Origin: Phoronis australis | Taxonomy: Eukaryota > Animalia > Phoronida | Length of the DNA: 32,399 bases | Assembly (NCBI GenBank): GCA_002633005.1 | Contig: NMRA01000027.1 | Span: 91,436-123,834 of the forward strand | Direction: 5' to 3' | Part shown: in pieces, positions 19,557-31,500 of the stretch | Position numbering within the stretch: the first letter of the stretch is position 1 | Layout: each line of letters begins with the position of its first letter | The notes under the pieces: model-generated | Told to the model about the DNA's origin: nothing | Database searches by the model: none | Seen by the model: the letters and a program-made list of their open reading frames with translations, nothing else | Program-made: the position numbers and the translations under genes

Positions 19557-22500
19557 ACCGACTTTCATTTGTTGAGTTTTCGTCAATAGGCGCAAAAACT
19601 GGCACGGCTTTGCCCTACCACGAAAACTGAGAATTTTCCAGAGATTCCTCACTTCAAAAGTCTATTGCCGGAAAACTAACCGTTGAAAATGTATGCCGTT
19701 CCGTTCCTAGGTCGTCTGTCCCTCTCTCAGTACATAAAAAGAAAAAAGACGACTTTCATTTGTTGAGTTTTCGTGAATTGGCGCAAAACCTTGCACGACT
19801 TTGCCCTACTCATGAAAAACCGAGAATTTTTCGGAGACTGCGCCTCCTCAATTGAAACGACTTTTGCCGGAAAACTAACAGTTGAAAATAGATGCCGTTC
19901 CGTTCCTAGGTCTTCTGGCCCTCTCTCAGTACAGAAAAAGAAAGAACCCGACTTTTATTAGTTGAGTTTTTATCAATCGGCGCAAAACCTTGCAAAACTT
20001 TGCCCTACCACGAAAAACCGAGAATTTTCCGGAGATTCCGCCTAATCAATTGTAATGTCTGTTGCCGGAAAACTAACCGTTGAAAATAGATGCCGTTCTG
20101 TTCCTAGGTCGTTTGGCCCTCTCTCAGTATAGAAAAAGAAACAAACCGACTTTCTTTTGTTGAGTTTTCGTGAATTGGCGCAAAACCTTGCACGACTTTG
20201 CCCTACTCATGAAAAACCGAGAATTTTTCGGAGACTGCGCCTCCTCACTTGAAACGTCTTTTGCCGGAAAACCAACAGTTGAAAATAGATGCCGTTCCGT
20301 TCATAGGTCTTTTGGCCCTCTCTCAGTACAGAAAAAGAAAGAACCCGACTTTTATTGGTTGAGTTTTTATCAATCGGCGCAAAACATTGCAAAACTTTGC
20401 CCTACCACGACAAACCGAGAATTATCCGGAGATTCCGCCTCCACAATTGAAACTTCTATTTCCGGAAAACTAACCATTAAAAGTAGATGCCGTTCCATTC
20501 CTAGGTCATCTGGCCCTCTCTCAGTACAAAAACAGAAAAAAACGACTTTCATTTGTTGAGTTTTCGTCAATCGGTGCAAAACCTTGCACGACTTTGCCGT
20601 ACCACGAAAAACCGAAAATTTTCCGGAGATTCCGCCTCATCACTTAAAATGTCTATTGCCGGAAAACTAAAGGTTGAAAATAGATGCCGTTCTGTTCCTA
20701 GGTCGTTTGGCCCTCTCTCAGTATAGAAAGAGAAACAAACCGACTTTCTTTTGTTGAGTTTTCCTCAAATGGCGCAAAACCTTGCACGACTCTGCCCTAC
20801 CCCGAAAAGACCGAGAATTTTACGGAGATTCCACGGCCTCATTTCAAACGTCTATTGCTGGAAATTAACCATTGAAAATCGATGCCCCACCGAAAAACAA
20901 ATTGACTTTCAACGGTTGGGTTTTCGTCAATCGGGTCAAAACCCAGCACGACTTTGCACTACCCCGAAAAATTGAGAATTTTACTTAGATCCCGCATCCT
21001 CAAATCAAACGTCTATTGCTGGAAAACTAACCGTTGAATATCGATGACCCTCCATTCCTAGGTCCTCTGGCCCACACTCAGTAGTGGAAAAGAAAAAATT
21101 GACTTTCAACGGTTGGGATTTCGTCAATCGGCGAAAAACCCCGCATGACTTTGCCCAACCCCGAAAAATCGAGAATTTTAAGGAGATTCCGCCTCCTCAC
21201 TTGAAACGCCTATTGCCAGAAAACTAAACGTTGAAAATCGATGCCCCTCCATTCCTAGGTCCTCTGGCCCTCACTCAGTAGTGCAAAAGAAAAAATTGAC
21301 ATTCAACGGTTGGGAATTCGTCAATCGGCGCAAAACCCCGCACGACATTACCCTACCACGAAAAACCGAGAATTTTACGGAGATTCCAACTCCTCGCTTC
21401 AAACGTCTATTGCCGGAAAACTAACCATTGAAAATCGATACCCCTCCGTTCCTAGGTCCTCTAGCCCTCCCTCAGTAGAAGAAAAGAAAAAAATTGACTT
21501 TCCGCCTACTCAGTTCAAACGTCTATTGCCGGAAAATTAAAAGTTGAAAATCGGTGCCCCCTCGTTCATAGGTCCTCTGACCCTTCTTCAGTAGAGGAAA
21601 AGAAAAAAAATTGACTTTCAACAGTTGGGTTTTCGTCAATTGGCGCAAAACCCCACACAACTTTTCCCCACCTCGAAAAACCGAGAATTTTACGGAGATT
21701 CCGCCTCCTCAGTTCAAACGTCTATTACCGGAATACTAACCGTTAGAAATCGGTGCCCCTACGTTCATAGGTCCTCTGGCCCTCCCTCAGCTGAGGAAAA
21801 GAAAAAAAAATCAATTTTAACGGTTGAGTTTTCGTCAATCAGGGTAAAACCCCACACAACTTTTCCCCACCTCGAAAAACCGAGAATTTTACGGAGATTC
21901 CGCCTCCTCATTTCAAACGTCTATTGCCGGAAAACTAAAAGTTTAAAATCGATGCCCCTCCATTCCTAGGTCCTCTGGCCGTTACTCAGTAGTGCAAAAG
22001 AAACAAATTTGTCTTTAAAGGGTTGTGTTTTCGCCAATCGGCGCAAAACCCCGCACGACTTTGCCCTACCCCGAAAAACCAAGAATTTTAATGAGATTCC
22101 GCCTCCTCAATACAAACGTGAATTGCCGGAAAAGTAACGGTTGAAAATCGATTCCCCACCGTTCCTAGGTCCTCTGGCCCTCCCTCAGTAGAGGGAAAGA
22201 AAGCAACTTTCAACAGTTGGGTTTTCTTCATTTGGCGCAAAACCCCGCACGTCTTTGCCATACCCCGAAAAATCGAGAATTTTACGGAGATTCCGTCTAC
22301 TCATTTCAAACGGCTCAAGATTGCCGGAACACGAACCATTGAAAATCGGTGCCCCTCCATTCCTAGGTCCTCTGGCTCTCCCTCAGTAGAGGGAAATTAA
22401 AAATTGACTTTCAACGGTTGGGTTTTTGTCAATCGGCGCAAAACCTCGCCCGACTTTGCCCTACCCAAAAACCGAGAATTTTACGGAGATTCCGCCTGCT

Positions 22501-25500
22501 CATTTCAAAGGTCTATTGCGGGAAAACTAACCGTTGAATATCGATGGCCTTCCGTTCCTAGGTCCTTTGGCCCTCCCTCAGTACTGAGAAAAAGAAGAAG
22601 TTTGACTTTCAACAATTGGGTTTTCGTCAATCGGCGCAAAACCTCGCACGACTTCGCCCTACCCCGAAAAACCAAGAATTTTACGGAGATTCCGCGTCCT
22701 CAATGAAAACGTCAAATGCCGGAAAACTAACCATTGAAAATCGATGCCCTTCCGTTCCTAGGTCCTCTGGCCCTCCCTCAGTAGAGGAAGAAAAAACGAC
22801 TTTCAACAGTTGGGTTTTCCTCAATTGGCGCAAATCCCCGCACGTCTTTGCCCTACCCCGAAAAATCGAGAATTTTACGGAGATTCCGCCTCTTCATTCA
22901 AAGGTCTATTGCCGGAAAACGAACCAACTAAAATCGGTGCCCCTCCGTTCCAAGGTCCTCTAGCCCTCCCTAAGAAGAGGGAAAGAAAAAAATGATTTTC
23001 AAGTTTGGCATTTCGTCAATCGGCGCAAAACCCCGCACGACTTTACCCTACTCCGAAAAACCGAGAATTTTACGATATTCCACCTCCTCAGTTCAAACGT
23101 CTATTGCCGGAAAACTAACCGCTGAAAATCAATGCCCCTCCGTTCCTAGGTTTTCTGGCCCTCCCTTAGTAGAGGAAAAGAAAAAAATTGACTTTCAACG
23201 GTTGGGTTTTCGTCAATCGTCGCAAAACCTCGCCCGACTATGCCCTACCCTGAAAAACCGAGAATTTTACGGAGATTCCGCCTGCTCAATTTAAATGTCT
23301 ATTGCGGGAAAACTAAACGTTGAATATCGATGGACCTCCGTTCCTAGGTCCTCTGGCCCTCCCTCAGTACTGAGAAAAAGAAGAAGTTTGACTTTCAACA
23401 ATTGGGTTTTCGTCAATCGGCGCAAAACCCCGCACGACTTCGCCCTATCCCGAAAAACCAAGAATTTTATGAATATTCCACCTCCTCAGTTCAAACGTCT
23501 ATTGCCGGAAAACTAACCGCTGAAAATCAATGCCCCTCCGTTCCTAGGTTTTCTGGCCCTCCCTTAGTAGAGGAAAAGAAAAAAATTGACTTTCAACGTA
23601 TGGGTTTTCGTCAATCGGCGCAAAACCCCGCACGACATTGCCCTAACCCGAAAAACCAAGAATTTTACTGAGATTCTTTGTCCTCAATGAAAACGTCAAA
23701 TACCGGAAAACTAACCGTTGAAAAGCGATGAGCCTCCGTTCCTAGGTCGTCTGGCCCTCCCTCCGTAGAGGAAGAAAAAACGACTTTCAACAGTTGGGTT
23801 TTCTTCAATTGGCGCAAAACCCCGCACGTCATGGCCCTACCCCAAAAAATAGTGAATTTTATGGAGATTCCGCCTCCTCAATTCAAAGGTCTATTGCCGG
23901 AAAACTAACGGCTGAAAATCAATGCTCCTCCGTTCCTAGGTTTTCTGGCCCTCCCTGAGTAGAGGAATAGAAAAAAATTGACTTTCAACGGTTGGGTTTT
24001 CGTCCATTTGCGCAAAACTTCGCACGACTTTGCCCCACCCGGAAAATCCGAAAATTTTATGGAGATTCCGCCTCCACATTTCTAACGTCTGTTGCCGAAA
24101 AACTAACCGTTGAAAACTGATGCCCTTCCGTTCCTAGGCTCTCTGGCCCTCTCTCAGTTGAGGAAAGGAAAAAAATTCGACTTTCAACGCATGAGTTTTG
24201 TTTTCGTCAATCGGCGGAAAACCTCGCACAGCTTTGCCCTAACCCGAAATTTTACGGAGATTCCGTTTCCTCACTTCAAACGTCTATTGCCGGAAAACTA
24301 ACCTTTGAAAATCGATTCCCCTCCATTCCTAGGTCCTCTGGCCCCCCTCAGTAGAAGAAATGAAAAAAATGTGACTTTCAGCAGTTGGGATTTCGTCAAT
24401 AGGCGCAAACCCCCAACGACTTTGCCCTACCCCGAAAAACCGAAAATTTTACGGAGATTCCACCTCCTCACTTCAAACGTCTATTGCCGGAAAACTAACC
24501 ATTGAAAATCGATGCCCCTCCGTTCCTAGGTCCTCTGGCCCTCCTTCAGTAGAGGAAAAGAAAAACATTTGACTTTCAGCGGTTGGGTTTTCGTCAATTG
24601 GCGCAAAACTCCGCACGTCTTTGCCCTACCTAGATAAATCGAGAATTTTACTGAGATTCCGCCTCCCCAGTTCAAACGTCTATTGCCGGAAAATTAACCG
24701 TTGAAAATCGGTGCCTCTCCGTTTATAGGTCCTCTGACCCTTCTTCAGTAAAGAAATAGAAAAAGAAAAAAAAGACCTTCAACAGTTGGATTTTCGTCAA
24801 TAGTTGCAAAACCCCGCACGTCTTTGCCCTACCCCGAAAAATCGAGAATTTTACTGAGATTCCACCTCCCCAGTTCAAACGTCTATTGCCGGAAAACTAA
24901 CCGTTGAAAATCGGTGCCCCTTCGTTCATAGGTCCTCTGGCCCCCCTCAGTAGAGGAAATGAAAAAAAAAATACTTTCAGCAGTTGGGATTTCGTCAATC
25001 GGCGCAAAACCCCGCACGACTTTGACCTACTCTGAAAAACCGAGTATTTTACGTAGATTCCACCTCCTCACTTCAAAAGTCTATTGCCGGAAAACTAAAC
25101 GTTGAAAATGGGTGCCCCTCCTTTCCTAGGTCCCCTGGCCCTCCCTCAGTAGAGAAAAAGAAAACAATTTATCTTTCAACGGTTGGCTTTTCGTCAATTT
25201 GAGTAAAACCTCGCACGTCTTTGCGCTACCCCGAAAAATGCAGAATTTTACTGAGATTCCGCCTCCTCAGTTCAAACGTCTGTTGCCGGAAAACTAACCG
25301 TTGAAAATCGGTGACCCTCCGTTGATAGGTCCTCTGGCCCTCCTTCAGTAGAGGATAAAAAATCGACTTTCAACAGTTGGGTTTTCTTAAATTTGCGCAA
25401 AAACCCGCACATCTTTGCCCTACCCCGAAAAATGGAGAATTTTACGGAGGTTCCGCCTCCTCAATTCAAAGGTCTATTGCAGGACAACTAACCATTGAAA

Positions 25501-28500
25501 ATCGATACCCCTCCGTTCCTAGGTCTTCTGGCCCTCCCTCAGTAGAGGAAAAGAAAAACATTTGACTTTCAGCGGTTGGGTTTTCGTCAATCGGCCTAAA
25601 ACCCCAACCGACTTTGCCCTACCCCGAAAAACCGAGTATTTTACGGAGATTCCGCCTCCTCAGTTCAAACGTTAATTGTCGGAAAATTAAACGTTGAAAA
25701 TCGATGCCCCTCCGTTCCTAAGTCCCCTGGCCAATCTTCAGTAAAGAAAAAGAAAAAAAAAATGACTTTCAACTGTTGGGTTTTCGTCAATCGGCGCAAA
25801 ACAGCGCAAGGCTTTGCCCTACCCCGAAAAACCGAGAACTTTAATAAGATTGCGCCTCCTCAATTTAAACGTCTCAGCCGGAAAACAGATAAAAATCGAT
25901 GCCCCTCCGTTCATAGGTCCTCTAACCCTCCCTCAGTAAAGGAAAAGAAAAAACTTGACTTTCAAATGTTGAGTTTTCGTCAATCGGCGCAAAACCCGCA
26001 CGACTTTGCTCTACCGCGAAAAACCGAGAATTTTACGAAGATTCCACCTCCTCAATTCAAACGTCTATTACCGGAAATACAACCGTTGAAAATCGATGCC
26101 TCTCCGTTACTATGTCCTCTGGCCCTTCCTCAGTAAAGAACAAGAAAAAACTTGACCTTCAACTGTTGGGTTTTCGTCAATCGGCGCAAAACCCTGCACG
26201 ACTTTGCCCTTCCTCGAAAAATCTAAAATTTTACTGAGATATGGCCTCCTCAATTCAAACGACTATTGCTGAAAAACTAACCGTTGAAAATCGATGCCCT
26301 TCCGTTCCTAGGTCCTCCGCCCCTCCCTCAATAGAGGAAATGAAAAAAAATTGACTTTCAACGGTTTGTTTTCGTCAATCGGTGCAAAACCTCGCACGAC
26401 TTTGCCCTACCCCGAAAAACCGAGAATTTTACGGAGATTAGGCCTCCTCAATTCAAACGTATATTGCCGGATAAATAACCATTTAAAATCGATGCCCCTC
26501 TGTTTCTAGGTCCTCTGGCTCTCTTTCAGTAGAGGAAAAGAAAAAAATGACTTTCAACGGTTGGGTTTTCGTCAGTTGGCGGAAAACCCCGCACGACTTT
26601 GCCCTACCTCGAAAAACGGAGAATTTTACCTAGATTCCGTTTCCTCATTTGAAACGTCTATTGTAGGAAAACTAATCATTGAAAATCGATATCCCTCCGT
26701 TCCGAGGTCCTCTGGCCCTCCCTTAGTAGACCAAAAGAGAATTTTACGGAGATTCCGCCTCCTCATTTCAAATGTGTATTGCCGGAAAACTAACCGTTGA
26801 AAATCGATGCCTCTCCGTTACTATGTCCTCTGGCCCTTCCTCAGTAAAGAACAAGAAAAAACTTGACCTTCAACTGTTGGGTTTTCGTCAATCGGCACAA
26901 AACCCTAGCTCCTCAATTCAAACGTTTATTGCCGTAAAACTAACCGTTGAAAATCGATGCCCCTCCGTTCCTAGGTCCCCTGGCTATCCCCCAGTAAGGG
27001 AAAGGAAAAAACTTGACTTTCAACGGTTGGGTTTTCGTCAATCGGCGGAATGCCCCGCACGACTTTGCCCTACCTCGAAAAACCGAGAATTTTATGGTGA
27101 TTCAGTTTCCTCATTTGAAACGTCTATTGCAGGAAAACTAACCGTTGAAAATCGATGTCCCTCCGTTTCGAGGTCCTTTGTCCCTCCCTTAGCTGAGAAA
27201 AAGAAAAAAAATTGACTTTCAACGGTTGGGTTTTCGTCCATCGGCGCAAAACCCCGCACAATTTTGCACTACCCCGAAAAACCAAGAATTTTACGGAGAT
27301 TCCGCCTCCTCAGTTCAAACGTCTTTTGCTGGAAAACTAACAGTTTAAAATCGATGCCCTCCGTTTCTAGGTCCTCTGGCCCTCCCTCAGTAGAAGAAAA
27401 GAAAAAAAATGACTTTCAAACGTTGGATTTTTGTCAATCGGCGCAAAACCCCGCACGACTTTGCCCTACCTCGAAAAAAACGAGAATTTTACGGAGATTC
27501 CGTTTACTCATTTGAAATGTCTATTGTAGGAAAACTAACCGTTGAAAATCGATATCCCTCCTTTCCGAGGCCCTCTGGCCCTCCCTTAGTAGACCAAAAG
27601 AAAAAAAATTGACTTTCAACGGTTGGGTGTTCGTCAATTGGCGGAAAAACCCGCACGACTTTGCCCTACCTCGAAAAAAACGAGAATTTTACGGAGATTC
27701 CACCTCCTCACCTCAAACGTCTATTGCCGGAAAAGTAACCGTTGAAAATCGATGCCCCTCCGTTTCTCGGTCCTCTGGCCCTTCCACTGTAAAGGAAAAG
27801 AAAATAAATGACTTTCAACAGTTGGTTTTTCGTCAATTGGCGCAACACCCCGCACGACTTTGCCCTACCTCGAAAAACCGAGAGTTTTACGGAGATTCCG
27901 CATAATCGCATGAGAAGATTATTGTATTAAAACTAACCGTTGAAAATCGATGCCCCTCCTTTCCTAGGTCCTCTGGCCCACCCCAGTAAAGGAAAAGAAA
28001 AATAACTTGACTTTCAACGGTAGGGTTTTCGTCAATCGGCGCAAATTTCCGAACGATTTTGCCCTACTTAGAAAAACCGTGAATTTTACGGAGATTCTCC
28101 CTCCTCAGTTCACACGTCTACTTTCGGAAAACTAATAGTTGAAAATCAATGCCCCTCCGTTCCTACAGTAGGTTCTATGGCCCTCCCTCAGTAGAGGAAA
28201 AGAAAAACATTTGACTTTCGAACATTGGAGTTTTGTCAATCGGCGCAAAACCCCGCACGACTTTGCCCTACCGCGAAAAACCGTGAATTTTACAGAGATT
28301 CCTCCTCCACAGTTCAAACGTCTATTGTCGGAAAACTAACAGTTGAAAATCGATGCTCCTCCGTTCATAGGTCTTCTGGCCCTCCCTCAGTAGAGGAAAA
28401 GAAAAAATGACTTTCTACGGTTTTGTTTTCGTCAATCGGCGCAAAACCGTGCACGACTTTGCCTTACCTCGAAAAACCGAGTATTTTACGGAGATTCCGC

Positions 28501-31500
28501 CTCCTCAAGTCCAACGTCTATGTCCGGAAAACTAACCGTTGAAAATCGAAGCCCCTCCGTTCCTAGGTCCTCTGGCCCTCCCTCAGTCAAGGAAAAGAAA
28601 AAAAACTTGACTTTCAACTGTTGGGTTTTCGTCAATCGGCGCAAAACCCCGCACGACTTAGCCCTTTCCTGAAAAACCGAGAATTTTACGGAGATTCCGC
28701 CTCCTCACTTCANACTTTGCCTTACCTCGAAAAACCGAGTATTTTACGGAGATTCCGCCTCCTCAAGTCCAACGTCTATGTCCGGAAAACTAACCGTTGA
28801 AAATCGAAGCCCCTCCGTTCCTAGGTCCTCTGGCCCTCCCTCAGTCAAGGAAAAGAAAAAAAACTTGACTTTCAACTGTTGGGTTTTCGTCAATCGGCGC
28901 AAAACCCCGCACGACTTAGCCCTTTCCTGAAAAACCGAGAATTTTACGGAGATTCCGCCTCCTCACTTCAAACTTCCATTGCCGGAAAAATAACTGTTGA
29001 AAATCGATGCCCCTCCGTTCCTATGTCCTCTGGCCCTCCTTCAGGAAAGGAAAAGAAAAACCTGGACTTTCAACTGTTGGAACTCCGTCAATCGGCACAA
29101 AACCCCGCACGACTTTGCCCTACCTTCAAAAACCGAGAATTTCACGGAGATTCTCCCTCCTCATTTCACACGTATACTGTCGGAAAACCAACAGTTTAAA
29201 ATCGATGCCTCTCCGTTCCTAGGTCCTCTGGCCCTCCAACAGTAAAGGAAAAGAAAAAAGTTGACTTTCAACTGGTAAGTTTTCGTCAATCGGCGAAAAA
29301 CCTCGCACGACTTTGCCCTAATTCGAAAAACCGAAAATTTAATGGACATTCCGCCTCTTCATTTTAAACGTCTTTTGCCGGAAAACTAACCGTTTAAAAT
29401 CGATGCCCCACCATTCCCAGGTTTTCTGGCCCTCCCCTAGTAAAGGAAAAGAAAAAAACTTGACTTTCAACTGTGGGGTTTTCGTCAATCGGCGCAAAAT
29501 CCCGCACGACTTTGCCCTACCCCGAAAAACCGAGAATTTTACATAGATTCCGCTTCCTCAATTCAAACGTCTATTGTCGGAAAACTAACAGTTGAAAATC
29601 GATGCCCCTCCGATCCTATGTCGTCTGGCCCTCCCTCAGTAGAGGAAAAGATACAAAATTGACTTTCGAACGTTGGATTTTTGTCAAGCGGCGCAAAACC
29701 CCGCACGACTTTGCCCAACCCCGAAAAACCGAGAATTTTACGGAGATTCCGCCTCCTCATTTCAAACGTCTATTGCCGGAAAACTCACCGTTGAAAATCG
29801 ATTCTCCTCCGTTCCTAGGTCTTCTGGCCCTCCCTCAGTAGAGGAAAAGAAAAAGCATTGACTTTCAAAGGTTAAGTTTTCTTCAATCGGCGCAAAACCG
29901 CGCACTACTTTGCCCTACCACGAAAAACCGTGAATTTTAAAGAGATTCCGCCTCCACAGTTCAAACGTCTATTGCCGGAAAACTAACCGTTGAAAATCGA
30001 TGCTCCTCCGTTCCTAAGTCCTCTGGCCAGCCCTCAGTAAAAGAACAGAAAAACAATTGACTTTCAACGGTTGGATGTTCGTCAATCGGCGCAAAACCGC
30101 GCACGACTTTGCCCCACCTCGAAAAACCGAGAATTTTTAGGAGATTCCGCCTCCTCAATTCAAACGTCTATTACCGGAAAACTAACCGTTGAAAATCGAC
30201 GCCCCTCCGTTCCTAGGTCCTCTGGCCCTCCCCCAGTAAAGGAAAAGAAAAAAACTTGACTTTCAACGGTTGGGTTTTCGTCAATCGGCGCAAAACTCCG
30301 CACGATTTTTTCCTATACCGAAAAACCGAGAATTTTACGGAAATTCCACCTCCTCACTTCAAACGTCTATTGCCGGAAAACTAACCGTTGAAAATCAAAG
30401 CAAGGTTAAGGGCAAGTTTTCAAATGTGTCTTATTTGTAGGTCCCTGTCTCTTGCGGGGTCAAGAGTTAAGGTCAACGTCACAGACTACCCTCCAATTTT
30501 CCAAATTTAGTCCTCTGCCGTGACCTTATTAGGGGTCACCAGAAGTTACGACTTACGTTTTTGGAGTCAGTAAGTATAAGGATATCCAACGATTAAAGAA
30601 GTTTTGAAATCGGGGCCAAAAAATTTTTGGCGGGATAAAGGTCTCAAAATGACGTCTTTCAAATTTGATCTTGCCGTGTGACCTCATTAATGATCCAATC
30701 GAACTCAAACTTGGTAGGCCTTAGTTTCTTGGCATTCCTATACCCCGAAAAACCGAGAATTTTAGAGAGATTCCGCCTCCTCAACTCAAACGTCTATTGC
30801 CGGAAAACTAACCGTTCGAAATCGATGCCCTTCCGTTCCTAGGTACTCTGGCCCTCCGTCAGTAGAGGAAAAAAAAAGAATTGACTTTCAACGGTTGAGT
30901 TTTCGTCAATTGGCGCAAAACCTCGCACGACTTTGCCCTACCCCGAAAAACCGAGAATTTTTCGGAGATTCTGCCTCCTCAGTTCAAACGTCTACTGCTG
31001 AAAAACTAACCGTTAAAAATCGATGGCCCTTCGTTCCTAGGTACTCTGGCCCTCCACCAATAGAGGAAAAGAAAAAAAATTGACTTTCAACGTTTGAGTT
31101 TTCGTTAATTGGCGCAAAACCGTGAACGACTTTGCCCTACCCCGAAAAACCGAGAATTTTACGGAGATTCCGCCTCCTCAGTTGAAACGTCTATTGCCGG
31201 AAAACTAACCGTTGAAAATCGATGCCCCTCCGTTCCTAGGTACTCTGGCCCTCCATCAGTAGAGGAAACGAAAAAGAATTGACTTTCAACGATGCCCTAC
31301 CCCGAAAAACCGAGAATTTTACGGAGATTCCGCCTCCTCAACTCAAAGGTCTATTGCCGGAAAACTAACCGTTGGAAATCTATGCTCCTCCGTTCTTAGG
31401 TACTCTGGCCCTCCATCAGTAGAGGAAAAGAAAAACAAATTGACTTTCAACGGTTGAGTCTTCGTCAATTGGCGCAAAATCGCGCACGACTTTGCCCTAC

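Noticed and set aside
21685-21715. CTGAGGA on the minus strand of some 198-bp monomers, suggesting a satellite-encoded hammerhead
   Set aside because: It is followed by GTAAA rather than GAAA, has no proper stem II or III, and the first base varies among monomers (C/T/A/G).
22619-22640. TTCG...CGG in arm A as a CENP-B box
   Set aside because: The spacing does not fit NTTCGNNNNANNCGGGN.
28456-28970. Perfect 257-bp direct duplication (28456-28712 and 28714-28970)
   Set aside because: The identical copies sit on either side of the N at 28713, which is typical of an unmerged contig overlap.
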